IMG/VR virus record: IMGVR_UViG_3300002835_007523
Coordinates: 1-64,000 of that record
Source of the DNA: a virus
DNA length: 64,000 nucleotides
Direction: 5' to 3' (one strand)
Below, in pieces: positions 38,993 to 48,894 of this stretch (positions are counted from its first letter, which is position 1; every line of letters begins with the position of its first letter). Under the pieces are notes generated by a model that saw only the letters and a program-made list of their open reading frames with translations, was not told the DNA's origin and did no database searches. Made by a program: the position numbers and the translations under genes.

Positions 38993-39115
38993 ATGTGTGC
39001 TACCTGCGGATGTATGAAACCAAAAGACAAGCATGGCATGAAAACCCTTGCCGCCGCTAACAAAAAGTTTGCTAAAACTAAGAAAAAAGCGGCTAAAAAG
39101 AAAGAGAAGAAGTGA
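38993..39115 (+). CDS. 40-aa MCxxCGC Lys-rich peptide (not in track)
   Basis: MCATCGCMKPKDKHGMKTLAAANKK... Confidence 0.7.
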   Translation: MCATCGCMKPKDKHGMKTLAAANKKFAKTKKKAAKKKEKK

Positions 39116-39192
39116 CAGACCTACCTCTAGCGAAAGAACAATGCAAGTGTGGCAACTGCGCCTGTGGAAAGGGTCAAAATGAAGAAGCCTAA
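39112..39192 (+). CDS. 26-aa CxCxxCxC micropeptide (not in track)
   Basis: GTGA overlap; (M)TDLPLAKEQCKCGNCACGKGQNEEA. Confidence 0.45.
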   Translation: MTDLPLAKEQCKCGNCACGKGQNEEA

Positions 39193-39469
39193 AGCTAAAA
39201 TGATGAAGGGCAAATACGTCAAGTCTAAAGACGAACCAGTTGATGCCTATCTTACTCGAAATCTTGATGAAGAACAAAAAGAAGAGTTTGAGAAAAAAGA
39301 TAAAGCTCATGGCAAAAAAGCCGACCCCAAAACTATGCGTAAAGACATATCTATCGATAAGAAGATTATCAAGGGGATAGAAAAGAAGGAAAAAGCCCAC
39401 GAAAAGAAGGAAGGCAAAAAGGGCGAAAAAGCTGAGGAAAAACGAGAGAAAAAGAAGAAAAAGAAGTAA
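39179..39469 (+). CDS. Lys/Glu-rich hypothetical protein
   Basis: MKKPKAK...; start moved from the track's 39149. Confidence 0.7.
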   Translation: MKKPKAKMMKGKYVKSKDEPVDAYLTRNLDEEQKEEFEKKDKAHGKKADPKTMRKDISIDKKIIKGIEKKEKAHEKKEGKKGEKAEEKREKKKKKK

Positions 39470-39475
39470 TGATTT

Positions 39476-39499
39476 AGCCCCCTATACGGGGGCTTTTTC
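39476..39499 (+). terminator. intrinsic terminator
   Basis: AGCCCCC-TATAC-GGGGGCT followed by TTTT. Confidence 0.85.
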
Positions 39500-39577
39500 A
39501 TTTATCCTTGGACTTGACGCCGGGGAAACCCGGAACCCTGCTGATTTACCCTGCAACCTCTATGGAGGATTTTTACG

Positions 39578-39751
39578 ATGATACTATTAGCCAAACGGCT
39601 AGCCCGTCAAGAAACTGATGCTGACAAAATTGAGTTTGTCAAAGGCATCACTGGTTTTACACCAGAAGAAGGAAGAAAGAAAGCCGTTAAAGGCTTTGTG
39701 GCTGGTTACTTGTTAACCACCGCTGCTCTTGCTTCTAAATGGCGTCGTTAG
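39578..39751 (+). CDS. 57-aa hypothetical protein (not in track)
   Basis: GGAGG SD; MILLAKRLARQETDADK...SKWRR. Confidence 0.65.
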   Translation: MILLAKRLARQETDADKIEFVKGITGFTPEEGRKKAVKGFVAGYLLTTAALASKWRR

Positions 39752-40062
39752 AACACTTCATCGTAAAAACAGTATCTCAGGGTCAGCAGAGAACAGCAAA
39801 GCAACTAACAGCAAAACTCCGTCGTCGTGCGTATGACGCGGGGTGGCCTAGCCATGCCGGAAGACATTTGACTGTCGTTCCAGAAAATAAAGGATTTGGA
39901 GTAACCTACCCAAAACAGCACGCTAGTCGAATTGAAGCTATGGAGTATGGAACTCAAGATACACCACCATCTCCGGTAGTTCGCCAGTTTTTAGCTGGAA
40001 GTAAGGACACCGATCTTTCTCGACATATTGGTAGCGCAATGCGGAAGGCTGGGTGGATCTAA
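39739..40062 (+). CDS. putative tail completion or neck protein
   Basis: MEYGT...PP.PV.R motif of HK97-gp10-like proteins. Confidence 0.55.
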   Translation: MASLEHFIVKTVSQGQQRTAKQLTAKLRRRAYDAGWPSHAGRHLTVVPENKGFGVTYPKQHASRIEAMEYGTQDTPPSPVVRQFLAGSKDTDLSRHIGSAMRKAGWI

Positions 40063-40667
40063 TGCCATTTATCATGAATGAAGACAAAGCCTTAAAGGCA
40101 AAGCTATCTGGCATAACTGTTGCAGATAGTGGAAACCCTACTCGTCCTGTTGGAGTGTGGTTTGGTCAACCAGATAAAGAAATTAGACATCAGTCTTATC
40201 CATATATAACTATAGATCTTATAGCTGTAAATGTTGGAAAAGAAAGAGAGCACAGGGGAGATGTAGTTTTAACTTATACCCCTGAAGGAGCAAACCCAAA
40301 TCAAGAATATAGAACCTATTTTCCAATACCTATAGATTTAGATTATCAAGTATCGACGTGGTCTCGTCAACCAAGGCACGATCGACAAATAATGGCTGAA
40401 CTGTTTAAAACAGATCGGCTTCCATTTAGATTTGGAGGGGTAGTAGTCGAAGAAGACAATACAATTCGTCGTCTAGACCTACTGAGCTTCGCCAAAAGAG
40501 ACGCCACAGATCAGGACGGAAAACGTCTGTTCAATAACGTCTACACTGTAAGAATAAGTTCGGAAATTCTTCCGTACCCTCTCGAGCAGTTGCAGTACCA
40601 AGTAACCCAAAACCCAAACATATCGTTCACTTATCAAAATACCCCATTTACGGTCATAAACTCATAA
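40062..40667 (+). CDS. putative tail terminator or sheath stabiliser
   Basis: YPYITI and PIPIDLDYQV motifs; directly before the sheath gene. Confidence 0.65.
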   Translation: MPFIMNEDKALKAKLSGITVADSGNPTRPVGVWFGQPDKEIRHQSYPYITIDLIAVNVGKEREHRGDVVLTYTPEGANPNQEYRTYFPIPIDLDYQVSTWSRQPRHDRQIMAELFKTDRLPFRFGGVVVEEDNTIRRLDLLSFAKRDATDQDGKRLFNNVYTVRISSEILPYPLEQLQYQVTQNPNISFTYQNTPFTVINS

Positions 40668-40711
40668 CAATACGGTCCCCCAAGTAAACTAACGATTAAG
40701 GAGAATATCGA

Positions 40712-42277
40712 ATGGCTACATACAGTAGACCAGGCGTGTTTATTCAAGAAGTGGAGCTTCCACAAGCTATTGAGCTTGGCGAAGGCGGTTCTGCTATTGG
40801 AGCTTTTGTTGGCGCTCTAAATCAGGGTCCAACATCTGCACCGGTACTAGTAAGCTCTTGGTCAGAATTTACCAAGACTTTTGGTTCATTGAATGACGCT
40901 TACCCAACAACCTGGGCTGCCTACAATTTCTTTGCAAATGGCGGCCGTCAACTATACGTTAAGAGAATTACTGGAAGCGGTGCTGCGGCAGCGAATGTAA
41001 CTCTTACAGATAGAGCTCAAACCCCTCAAGACACATTAACTCTTACAGCAAAAAGTGCTGGTACCTGGGCAAATAGCCTTGCAGTATCTGTAACTGCTGC
41101 TGGAACAGATACTCGCTTTAACCTAACTGTGTACGGTGCTCCTACAATTTCTGGAGTTGCAACATCTAATGTTCTTGAAACCTTCACAGATCTAAGCATG
41201 GATTCAACAGATCCTCGTTACGCAGTTACAGCAATCAATGCAGACTCAGCATATCTAGTAGCGGTAGATGAGCAATCACCTACAGTAGCACCAGATGATA
41301 TGCCAGATATTTCTGGACTCGTTGCTTTAGCTGGTGGTTCAAACGGCTCTCAACCAGCCCTAAACGACTACACTTCAGGTCTAAACTCTTTAGATCCAAT
41401 TACTAGTCCACTAGTTATTAATATCCCTGCAGCTGCATATGTGTATACCACTTCAGGTACTGGTGCAGAAAGAACATTCTCACTAGATCTTAGTGCTGCT
41501 GCGGTAGCTTACGCACAAGGTCGTGGAGATGCATTTGCTGTTGTAGATCTTCCTCAAGGCCTAACTGTTGCTGAAGCAAAAACTTACGCATCAGACCTTA
41601 AGGCTAAGTACGCTGCTAACTCTGATGGTGGAGTTGCTGCAATGTACTACCCATGGGTACAGATTCCAGATTCACTAAAGGCATCCAGATCTGCACTTCG
41701 TAATCAAGCTCCTGGAGCAATTATGGTTGGACAGTATCTAGCTACAGATGCATCTAAGGGTGTATTTAAAACTCCAGCTGGATTTACAACTCGCCTAGCG
41801 CTTGCAGTTAATACTCAAAGACTGTTGACAAATGCTGAGCTAGATGCACTAAACACTGGAACTGAACCAATAAACGCTATTCGTCAGGTTCCTGGCGCTG
41901 GCATTGTTGTTATGGGCGGTCGTACCATGAACAATACTACAAACGACCGATACATCAACATCCGTCGTTCTCTTATCTACATCAAGAAAGAGCTTGAAGA
42001 TCGAAGCTCTTTTGCAGTGTTTGAGAACAACGATTCAATTTTGTGGAACAGACTATCTGTGGCCCTATCTACGTTCCTACGTGGTTACTGGCAGCAAGGC
42101 GGTCTGCGTGGGGCTAGCCCTCAACAGGCTTTCTATGTAAAAGTAGATGCTACTACCACATCATTTGCAGACATACAGAACGGCCGAGTTAACATTGAGG
42201 TGGGAGTTGCGCTGCAATACCCATCTGAGTTCATTGTTATCAAGCTTGGTCAAATTACCGGAAACGCCACTGCGTAA
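40712..42277 (+). CDS. tail sheath protein
   Basis: YSRPGVFIQE, FFANGG, YYPW, RYINIRR, VFENND and PSEFIVI motifs. Confidence 0.95.
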   Translation: MATYSRPGVFIQEVELPQAIELGEGGSAIGAFVGALNQGPTSAPVLVSSWSEFTKTFGSLNDAYPTTWAAYNFFANGGRQLYVKRITGSGAAAANVTLTDRAQTPQDTLTLTAKSAGTWANSLAVSVTAAGTDTRFNLTVYGAPTISGVATSNVLETFTDLSMDSTDPRYAVTAINADSAYLVAVDEQSPTVAPDDMPDISGLVALAGGSNGSQPALNDYTSGLNSLDPITSPLVINIPAAAYVYTTSGTGAERTFSLDLSAAAVAYAQGRGDAFAVVDLPQGLTVAEAKTYASDLKAKYAANSDGGVAAMYYPWVQIPDSLKASRSALRNQAPGAIMVGQYLATDASKGVFKTPAGFTTRLALAVNTQRLLTNAELDALNTGTEPINAIRQVPGAGIVVMGGRTMNNTTNDRYINIRRSLIYIKKELEDRSSFAVFENNDSILWNRLSVALSTFLRGYWQQGGLRGASPQQAFYVKVDATTTSFADIQNGRVNIEVGVALQYPSEFIVIKLGQITGNATA

Positions 42278-42291
42278 GGAGATAAATACTA

Positions 42292-42918
42292 ATGGCTAAT
42301 CTATTCGAGCTAAGTACTTTACAGACGGATCCGTTCCGTAATTTTAAGTTCTTAGTTAACTTTACCCTCAATGACGGTAAGAACGCTACCATAGGACCAA
42401 AGTTTGGAAGCATGGGATTTGTCTCTGTTTCTGGTCTAAGCGTTGCTACCGAAGCAATTAGCTACCGTGAAGGCGGCTACAACACAAACATGCATCAGAT
42501 TCCTGGTCAAAGCTCGTTTACCCCAATCACCCTTTCAAAGGGCATTGCTTTGGGTCAAAGCGAACACTCCCTATGGATGAAGAGACTATTTTCAGTACTA
42601 ACTGGCGCACAGGGAGTAGCTGGAGTTGGAACTGAGTTCCGCTGCACAGTGGATATCTCAGTACTAAGTCACCCAAATCCAAAGGGCGTTTCAGGATCTG
42701 ATTCAACAGCTACTGTAGCTGAGGCAAAAAACCAGCATACTGCTATGCGCTTCCGCGTATATAATGCATGGGTTACAAGTCTTGCATACAGCAACCTTGA
42801 CGCAGGCGGAAGCTCGCTAATGGTTGAAGAAATGACACTCGTCCACGAAGGATTTGACGTCTCATTTGCTACAGGATACAAGACAGCAGAAGACGCCCCA
42901 GATCTACTCAGCGTATAA
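42292..42918 (+). CDS. tail tube protein (T4 gp19-like)
   Basis: DPFRNFKF, YREGG, PG...F.PITL.KG, NAW and EEMTLVHEG motifs. Confidence 0.92.
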   Translation: MANLFELSTLQTDPFRNFKFLVNFTLNDGKNATIGPKFGSMGFVSVSGLSVATEAISYREGGYNTNMHQIPGQSSFTPITLSKGIALGQSEHSLWMKRLFSVLTGAQGVAGVGTEFRCTVDISVLSHPNPKGVSGSDSTATVAEAKNQHTAMRFRVYNAWVTSLAYSNLDAGGSSLMVEEMTLVHEGFDVSFATGYKTAEDAPDLLSV

Positions 42919-42941
42919 CTAAAAAGAAATAGGTGAACTAC

Positions 42942-43769
42942 ATGACTACAGAAACGACAATTGCTGCGGCAGATAACCCTGGTCTTGCTAATAAGCTTGC
43001 ATCAGAAGCTGTTGCATTAGCAGAACAAGAAAAAGCAGCTACACCGGTAAGGGCTGAGATTAGAAACCCAGCCAATCCGATAGTGGAGCTAGCAGTTGGA
43101 TTAGATGTTCCATTTGAAGAGCGTATAACGACAGCCGAAATACGTGAGCTTAATGGAGCAGATGAAGAAGCTATTGCACGTCTAAATGACCCTGCAAAAG
43201 CCTTAATGTTAATCCTAGAGCGTGCTGTAGTCAAGTTGGGAAATAAACCCACTGAAAAAGACCTACTTGACGCGTTGCTGGCAGGAGATAGAGAACTTCT
43301 CCTGCTAGCAATTCGCAAGTTAACCTTTGGAAATGAAGTTAACCTAGAAGGAAACATTTGTCAGGCATGTGTTGAACCTCAAAAGATTCAAATAGACCTA
43401 GATACAGATGTAGAAGTAAAAAAACTTAATATAGAAGATGTCGAGTTTACTGTGCCATGTAAGGCTGGAGAAGTTCGAGTAAAGCTTCCTACAGGATTTA
43501 CACAAAAAGCATTAGTAGCCTCTACTAACAAGACTGCAGCTGAATTGGACTCCGTTGTATTAAAAAACTGCATCCTTAGTATTAATGATAAGCCCTTGTT
43601 AAATCAATCAGAGGTACTAAGGCTTAGCATTAAAGATAGACGTGACATTCTTAAAGAGATCTCTAATCGTAACCCTGGACCACAACTTAGTGAAATAAGT
43701 AAACCTTGCCCAAACTGCGGCCAGGAGGTGTCGCTACCGCTAACCCTAGCGGATTTGTTTCAGGAATGA
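42942..43769 (+). CDS. tail assembly chaperone or baseplate hub assembly protein (T4 gp26-like)
   Basis: RELNGADEE, GDR..LLL.IR, two CxxC pairs; between tube and tape measure. Confidence 0.75.
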   Translation: MTTETTIAAADNPGLANKLASEAVALAEQEKAATPVRAEIRNPANPIVELAVGLDVPFEERITTAEIRELNGADEEAIARLNDPAKALMLILERAVVKLGNKPTEKDLLDALLAGDRELLLLAIRKLTFGNEVNLEGNICQACVEPQKIQIDLDTDVEVKKLNIEDVEFTVPCKAGEVRVKLPTGFTQKALVASTNKTAAELDSVVLKNCILSINDKPLLNQSEVLRLSIKDRRDILKEISNRNPGPQLSEISKPCPNCGQEVSLPLTLADLFQE

Positions 43770-43917
43770 AATAAGTTATGAGATCTTGGTAGAAGCCATA
43801 GATCTTTTATCTCAGTTCTATCCTGGATGGACACTAACAGAGTTAATGAATTTAAGCGTAAGAGAAAGAGTCAACTGGCTTAACAAAGCCTCGAGCAGAC
43901 CAAGAATGGTTAAGTAA
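43759..43917 (+). CDS. putative frameshifted extension of the tail chaperone (+1 frame; not in track)
   Basis: FRNEISYEILVEAIDLLSQFYPGWTLTELMNLSVRERVNWL...; no good ATG start; ends 2 nt before the tape measure start. Confidence 0.6.
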   Translation, partial: FRNEISYEILVEAIDLLSQFYPGWTLTELMNLSVRERVNWLNKASSRPRMVK

Positions 43918-43919
43918 AC

Positions 43920-46901
43920 ATGGCAACTCAGCAGATCTTTTCAGCTAGTGATGATGAGAATCCCTTTTCATCACAAAGTGTTGATAAGTTCTTTAAGTCC
44001 ATGGAAAAAGGACTGCAGCAGGACTTAAAACTTATTAAAGAATTCCGTAAAGTAACGGAAGATATTAAGAAAAACATGCAAGAAGCCCTCAAAGCTGGGG
44101 GCGGATCTAGCGCCGGATCAGGAAAAGTTGGTCTTGGTGCTATGCCAAATAAGGCAGTTGTTGGTGGTTTACTAGCCGCTGGAGCTGCCTATGGCGGAAC
44201 AAAAATGTTTATGGGAATGGCGCCCAATACAATGGCCGCTGTTACCCAAAGAATGTCTGCTGACACCGTTGCTGGCATCAGTGGACTAAATGCACGTCAA
44301 GTAATACTTCGTTCAAATGCTAGAGTAGGTAACGGCGCAACAAGCGCTATGGGCCCAACTATGGCTCAAATGAACATGTTGTACGGTGGTGGATACACTG
44401 CAACTAGCCTAAGCTCTAGAAACGTAATGTCCCAACTAGGCGGACTAAGCGCAATAACTGGCGGAACAAATGAGCAGATGGCTCAAGGCATGGCGGGCAT
44501 TAATGCTATGCGTTTCTTACGTATTGGTGTGCAAGCTCGTGACTCTAAGGGAAATCTACGTCCGCCAAACCAATTAATTAATGAAACTTATCGTTTCTTG
44601 TACGGTGGACGAAAAATAACCCCAGAGCAAGCAGCTATGGTTTTAAACCCAGGATCAAAGGGATATCAGACGATATCAATGATCGCTGGTGGTGATTCTA
44701 ATCTTATGTCTATTTTGCAGATGGGTATTATTGCTCGTGCCAAAAAAGACTCACCATTAAGTAAAAAAGATTTAGGAAATGCTCAAAGATCATTAGATGT
44801 AATGGGTGTAGGAAAAGAAAGTCCAATACGAAAACTCTTTAACTATAACACCAGTGAAGCTAGGAAACTACAGGCAACAGAAAAAGGATTAGTTGGCGGA
44901 TATAACACAGCACTTAGCGCAACCACTGCTGTAAACAATGGTTTTAGTAGTTTAGCAGAAGCAACTGATGGGTTGACTCAAGCATTTATGGGACTAAAAG
45001 GATTTTTACAAACCCTTCCTGGAGCGGGAAATACCGGTGCAACACTAGCGGGTATGGGAAGCTCGATAATGGGTATGGGATCAGCAGCCCTTCAATTTGG
45101 AATGCTTCGTATGATGATGGGTAAAAGCGCAGTGCCCGCTGCACTTACTGCAGGAGCCAGCCGGTTAGCCGCTGGAGCCGGACTTAGTGCTGTTGGTGCT
45201 GGAGCAACTGGCGCAATGTTTAGCAAAGGATCACTGTTAAAAAGAGGTGGTAGAGCTGCATTAGCTGCTGGTGCGTATTATGGGATGGAAAAACTTCAAG
45301 GATTTTTAAATAAAGCTAATGTACCTAGCTGGCTTCGTAGAGGTGGAAACGTAGCTTTTGATGCTCTACAAGGAGGAGTAACTGGAGGAATTGCTGCAGG
45401 ACCTTACGGTGCTTTAGCGGGCTCAGTTGTAGGCACAGGCGCTGGAGTAGTCAATCCTTATGGTCAAGGTGGAGGAGACTGCGCTCACGGAAATATAGGC
45501 TCCCATAACTGTGGAGGAATGGGTGGTGGACAAGACAACATGGTCTTGCAAATGCCAGTTCCTCCAGGAACACGAGTAACTTCAGGTTTTGGTCCAAGAG
45601 ACAATTCAAAAAACCCACAGATATCTAGAAACCACACAGGTATTGACTACGCGGTAAAGGTAGGTACGCCAATTGTTGCCGCCGGAGCTGGCGTAGTAAC
45701 TGAAACCGGATTGCACAGACAATACGGAAACTATGTGATTATTAGACACGGATCAAGATCTACTCTTTATGCTCACTTAAGTAAAATCTTAGTTAATAAG
45801 GGCGAAAAAGTTGTTGCTGGACAGCAGATTGCACTATCTGGAGGTAAGAAGGGTGCTCAAGGAGCAGGAACCTCTACAGGTCCACACCTTCACTTTGAGG
45901 TAAGAGCAAATGGTGGAGTTGGAGCTCAAGGAAGAAAAGATCCTCAAGGACTATTTGGAAAAGCATTTAGCTTTATAAAGGGCAAAGTAACCTCAGGACT
46001 TAACTTCTTAAAAAGAACTTCTAACAGGCTTTTTGGAACAAATTTTGCGTACTCTGATGCTGGAGATGACAAGTTTAACTTTAATGCAAGAAAGCACGAT
46101 ATAACAAAGAAAACGCTAGGTCAATATAACAGTGCTAGCGTCTCAGATATTATTGCTGGATTAAACTTTAGTCCTACGAGCTATTCAGAGCTATCTAAGC
46201 ATATAAATCCAAACGACCCCAAATTTGGAAAGATATTAAACCAAAACTATGACGAGGGTCATGGAAACGAAAAAGGCATTTATGGAGGAAGCCGACAGGC
46301 TCTCATGCAGGCCCTACATGCACAGGGGTTTAGAGGTAAATCCCTAAGAACCGCTTTTGCAGTTGCTCTTGCTGAATCCGGAGGAAGGCCATCAGCTATA
46401 GGAGACGTAGATCTACAAGATAAGAAGTGGGGCCCAAGCTACGGAATCTTCCAGATTAGATCTTTAAAGAATTGGCAAAATCATGATGGAAAAGGCTCAT
46501 CTGATCCATGGAGAAATGCTAAAAAGCTTAGAGACCCTAAATTTAACATAGAAGCTGCCTGGGTAAAAAGCAGCAAGGGTAAAAAGTGGGAGGCTTGGTC
46601 TGCTTACAATAATGGGGCGTTTACTAAATTCTTAGATGATGCCGATAGAGTTGCCACTAAAGCAGGAATTGGTGGCGGTCCAGAAACAGCTGGCGGATTT
46701 AACATGGCTCATGTGGCACCAACAGAGACTAGTCACAGCCCTGGAGCTAGAAGCGTATCTTCAAACTCAAATGTAAACATAAAGGTAAATATGCAGGTAA
46801 CTCTTGCCAATTCTGGGCCAGGTGAAGCTCAGAGGCTTTTGCGTACCTTTAAAGAGGGTATTGAAAAGGAACTAGAGATTAAAGGAATTGGTGGATACTA
46901 A
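43920..46901 (+). CDS. tape measure protein with M23 peptidase and lysozyme-like domains
   Basis: Ala/Gly helical N-half; HTGID, YAHL and HLHFE (M23); AVALAESGG and SYGIFQI (lysozyme-like). Confidence 0.9.
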   Translation: MATQQIFSASDDENPFSSQSVDKFFKSMEKGLQQDLKLIKEFRKVTEDIKKNMQEALKAGGGSSAGSGKVGLGAMPNKAVVGGLLAAGAAYGGTKMFMGMAPNTMAAVTQRMSADTVAGISGLNARQVILRSNARVGNGATSAMGPTMAQMNMLYGGGYTATSLSSRNVMSQLGGLSAITGGTNEQMAQGMAGINAMRFLRIGVQARDSKGNLRPPNQLINETYRFLYGGRKITPEQAAMVLNPGSKGYQTISMIAGGDSNLMSILQMGIIARAKKDSPLSKKDLGNAQRSLDVMGVGKESPIRKLFNYNTSEARKLQATEKGLVGGYNTALSATTAVNNGFSSLAEATDGLTQAFMGLKGFLQTLPGAGNTGATLAGMGSSIMGMGSAALQFGMLRMMMGKSAVPAALTAGASRLAAGAGLSAVGAGATGAMFSKGSLLKRGGRAALAAGAYYGMEKLQGFLNKANVPSWLRRGGNVAFDALQGGVTGGIAAGPYGALAGSVVGTGAGVVNPYGQGGGDCAHGNIGSHNCGGMGGGQDNMVLQMPVPPGTRVTSGFGPRDNSKNPQISRNHTGIDYAVKVGTPIVAAGAGVVTETGLHRQYGNYVIIRHGSRSTLYAHLSKILVNKGEKVVAGQQIALSGGKKGAQGAGTSTGPHLHFEVRANGGVGAQGRKDPQGLFGKAFSFIKGKVTSGLNFLKRTSNRLFGTNFAYSDAGDDKFNFNARKHDITKKTLGQYNSASVSDIIAGLNFSPTSYSELSKHINPNDPKFGKILNQNYDEGHGNEKGIYGGSRQALMQALHAQGFRGKSLRTAFAVALAESGGRPSAIGDVDLQDKKWGPSYGIFQIRSLKNWQNHDGKGSSDPWRNAKKLRDPKFNIEAAWVKSSKGKKWEAWSAYNNGAFTKFLDDADRVATKAGIGGGPETAGGFNMAHVAPTETSHSPGARSVSSNSNVNIKVNMQVTLANSGPGEAQRLLRTFKEGIEKELEIKGIGGY

Positions 46902-48604
46902 TGGCTGCTCCGCTACCCGTATATTACACAATTAAAGCTTACGAAAAGATTGTAGAAAACTTAAACCCAACCGCAGAAGACCAGCAAGGATCTCAAGGTG
47001 GTTGGATTGAGATTACTACAGATAGCAAGCTAGTTAACTATAAGCATCCAGTCAAGTATGTTTTGCAGTTCTTTTTGCAGAGCGATATACTCGGCCTTAA
47101 TCCACTAGAGGATAGCCAAGGCGTTAATATTGCTGGTGGTGATGGAACAGTTTTTAAGCAATGGGTAGACGATAATGCTGACAAACTAAAAGTTAAGGGT
47201 TGGAACACATATCAAGACAATAGGTTTGAGCTTATTGTTACAGCTAAAGTAAAAAGTGCTTCAGGTACCCCTAAGTTTAAAGCACAGACTGTTCCAAACT
47301 CAAACGTAAACTCTAGCCCTAATTATTATACCGTAAATATAAAAGCAGGAAAAAAGATTCCTTCAGTTAAGTTTACCGAGGCACAATCAGAGCCAAATAA
47401 ACCAAATGAAGTAAAAAATGACGTGACTGAACAAGGTCAGGGATACACCCAGTGGAATGAGTGTAAAAAAGAATGGGTAGTAGTTACCTATGCTCAGACC
47501 ACTAAAAATAACGTATTTGGATATGACGTATATTTAATAAAAAGAGACGTAAATGGCACACAGCTAAGTAGACAGCTATTAGGATTTGAGCCATCTACTG
47601 CTACTAAACGACCTTATTCTGATATTGGAAGAAAAGCTCTTCAAGAAGCATATCAGTGCGTAAAGGCTTCAGAAGACGCCCCAAATGTTCCGACACCCTC
47701 TGTTACGGTGCAGGAGTACCCACAAGACGAAAGAATAAACCCACCTAACCATAGAATTACTCGAGATGTCTCTTTATCTCAAAAACTTTATTATTCTTTG
47801 TCTGAGGCTAAGCGACGAGGATCTAAGACAAATCCTGGACTTTATTTTGCTAACTCTACGGAAGAGGCTAGACAACGAGCTGAACAGCGTTACTTAGACT
47901 CAACAGCTAGAGGACGTCTTGGAACTATATTTCAGGATAAAGATAGTGCTATAGCCCTAAACACCAACAATGACGATAAAAAGCCTTGGGGTTTTAGATT
48001 TATATATAACCCCCAAACTATTGAGTATTCTACCGGTGCAGATATGTCTGTAGACTGGATGCTAAGCTCTAAAGATCCTGCAAACTATATTGGTGGAAAT
48101 ACCGTTGTTAACTTTATGCTGTATTTAAACAGAATTGCAGACATGACTGAACTACGTCATTTAAAGTCTAATCCAACCGATTACATTAATGGATACCCCA
48201 GAAAACTTACCGCAGAATCAGTTGCCGGACTACTAAACAGAGGCACGGAGTACGACATAGAGTTCTTATACCGGGTATTGAATGGAAGCCCAAGACCAAG
48301 CATAAATGGTCTTCTTACCTATACAGTAAACGGCAAACCAGCTGTAACTTCAGATTTTGGATATATAACTGGAACCCCTGTGTGGATAAGATTTCACGAA
48401 AACCTTAGGTATAAAGGCTCTATAAACAGTATTTCTGTAAATCACCTAATTTTTAATGAAGAAATGGTGCCTATGTTTTCAACAATGTCTGTATCGTTTA
48501 CTCGTTACCCAATTACCGGAGAAACAGACCCTGCAGTCATTGCAGCCTACTCAGAAAAGATTGCTAAAGACCTTAAAGCTGGAGAGGAGCCACCTAGAAC
48601 ATAA
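46901..48604 (+). CDS. baseplate or tube-initiator protein with long N-terminal extension
   Basis: F.YNPQTI and PV...F....YKG.I.SISV....F...MVP tube-initiator pattern in the C-half. Confidence 0.65.
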   Translation: MAAPLPVYYTIKAYEKIVENLNPTAEDQQGSQGGWIEITTDSKLVNYKHPVKYVLQFFLQSDILGLNPLEDSQGVNIAGGDGTVFKQWVDDNADKLKVKGWNTYQDNRFELIVTAKVKSASGTPKFKAQTVPNSNVNSSPNYYTVNIKAGKKIPSVKFTEAQSEPNKPNEVKNDVTEQGQGYTQWNECKKEWVVVTYAQTTKNNVFGYDVYLIKRDVNGTQLSRQLLGFEPSTATKRPYSDIGRKALQEAYQCVKASEDAPNVPTPSVTVQEYPQDERINPPNHRITRDVSLSQKLYYSLSEAKRRGSKTNPGLYFANSTEEARQRAEQRYLDSTARGRLGTIFQDKDSAIALNTNNDDKKPWGFRFIYNPQTIEYSTGADMSVDWMLSSKDPANYIGGNTVVNFMLYLNRIADMTELRHLKSNPTDYINGYPRKLTAESVAGLLNRGTEYDIEFLYRVLNGSPRPSINGLLTYTVNGKPAVTSDFGYITGTPVWIRFHENLRYKGSINSISVNHLIFNEEMVPMFSTMSVSFTRYPITGETDPAVIAAYSEKIAKDLKAGEEPPRT

Positions 48605-48894
48605 TGCCTAACATAAATAGACTATCTAGATATTATGATGGAAAACTTGCCCAGATCTATAACTCAAAAACCAAGCAATATGACATTGCTGTTTTTAAAG
48701 CAGAATCTGATGAAGTTACCTCTTCTTACATAAACTATACCTGGAAGTATGGAGATTCTCTTGCTGCCTTGTCCGATAAATATTTAGGTATTCCGGGATA
48801 CTGGTGGAAGATTATGGAAATAAATCCAGAAATAACAGACCCCTTCTCAATAGAGCCAGGAACAGTTATAAGGGTGCCGTATGTCACAAGATGA
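48604..48894 (+). CDS. LysM/tail-X-like baseplate protein
   Basis: SRY...GDSLAALSDKYLG...WWKIMEINP...PGTVIRVP. Confidence 0.85.
   Translation: MPNINRLSRYYDGKLAQIYNSKTKQYDIAVFKAESDEVTSSYINYTWKYGDSLAALSDKYLGIPGYWWKIMEINPEITDPFSIEPGTVIRVPYVTR

Noticed and set aside
39538-39560. SAM-II riboswitch (GCTGATTTA...TGCAA resemblance)
   Set aside because: The P1 stem and 3' pseudoknot strand cannot form, and no methionine-related gene follows
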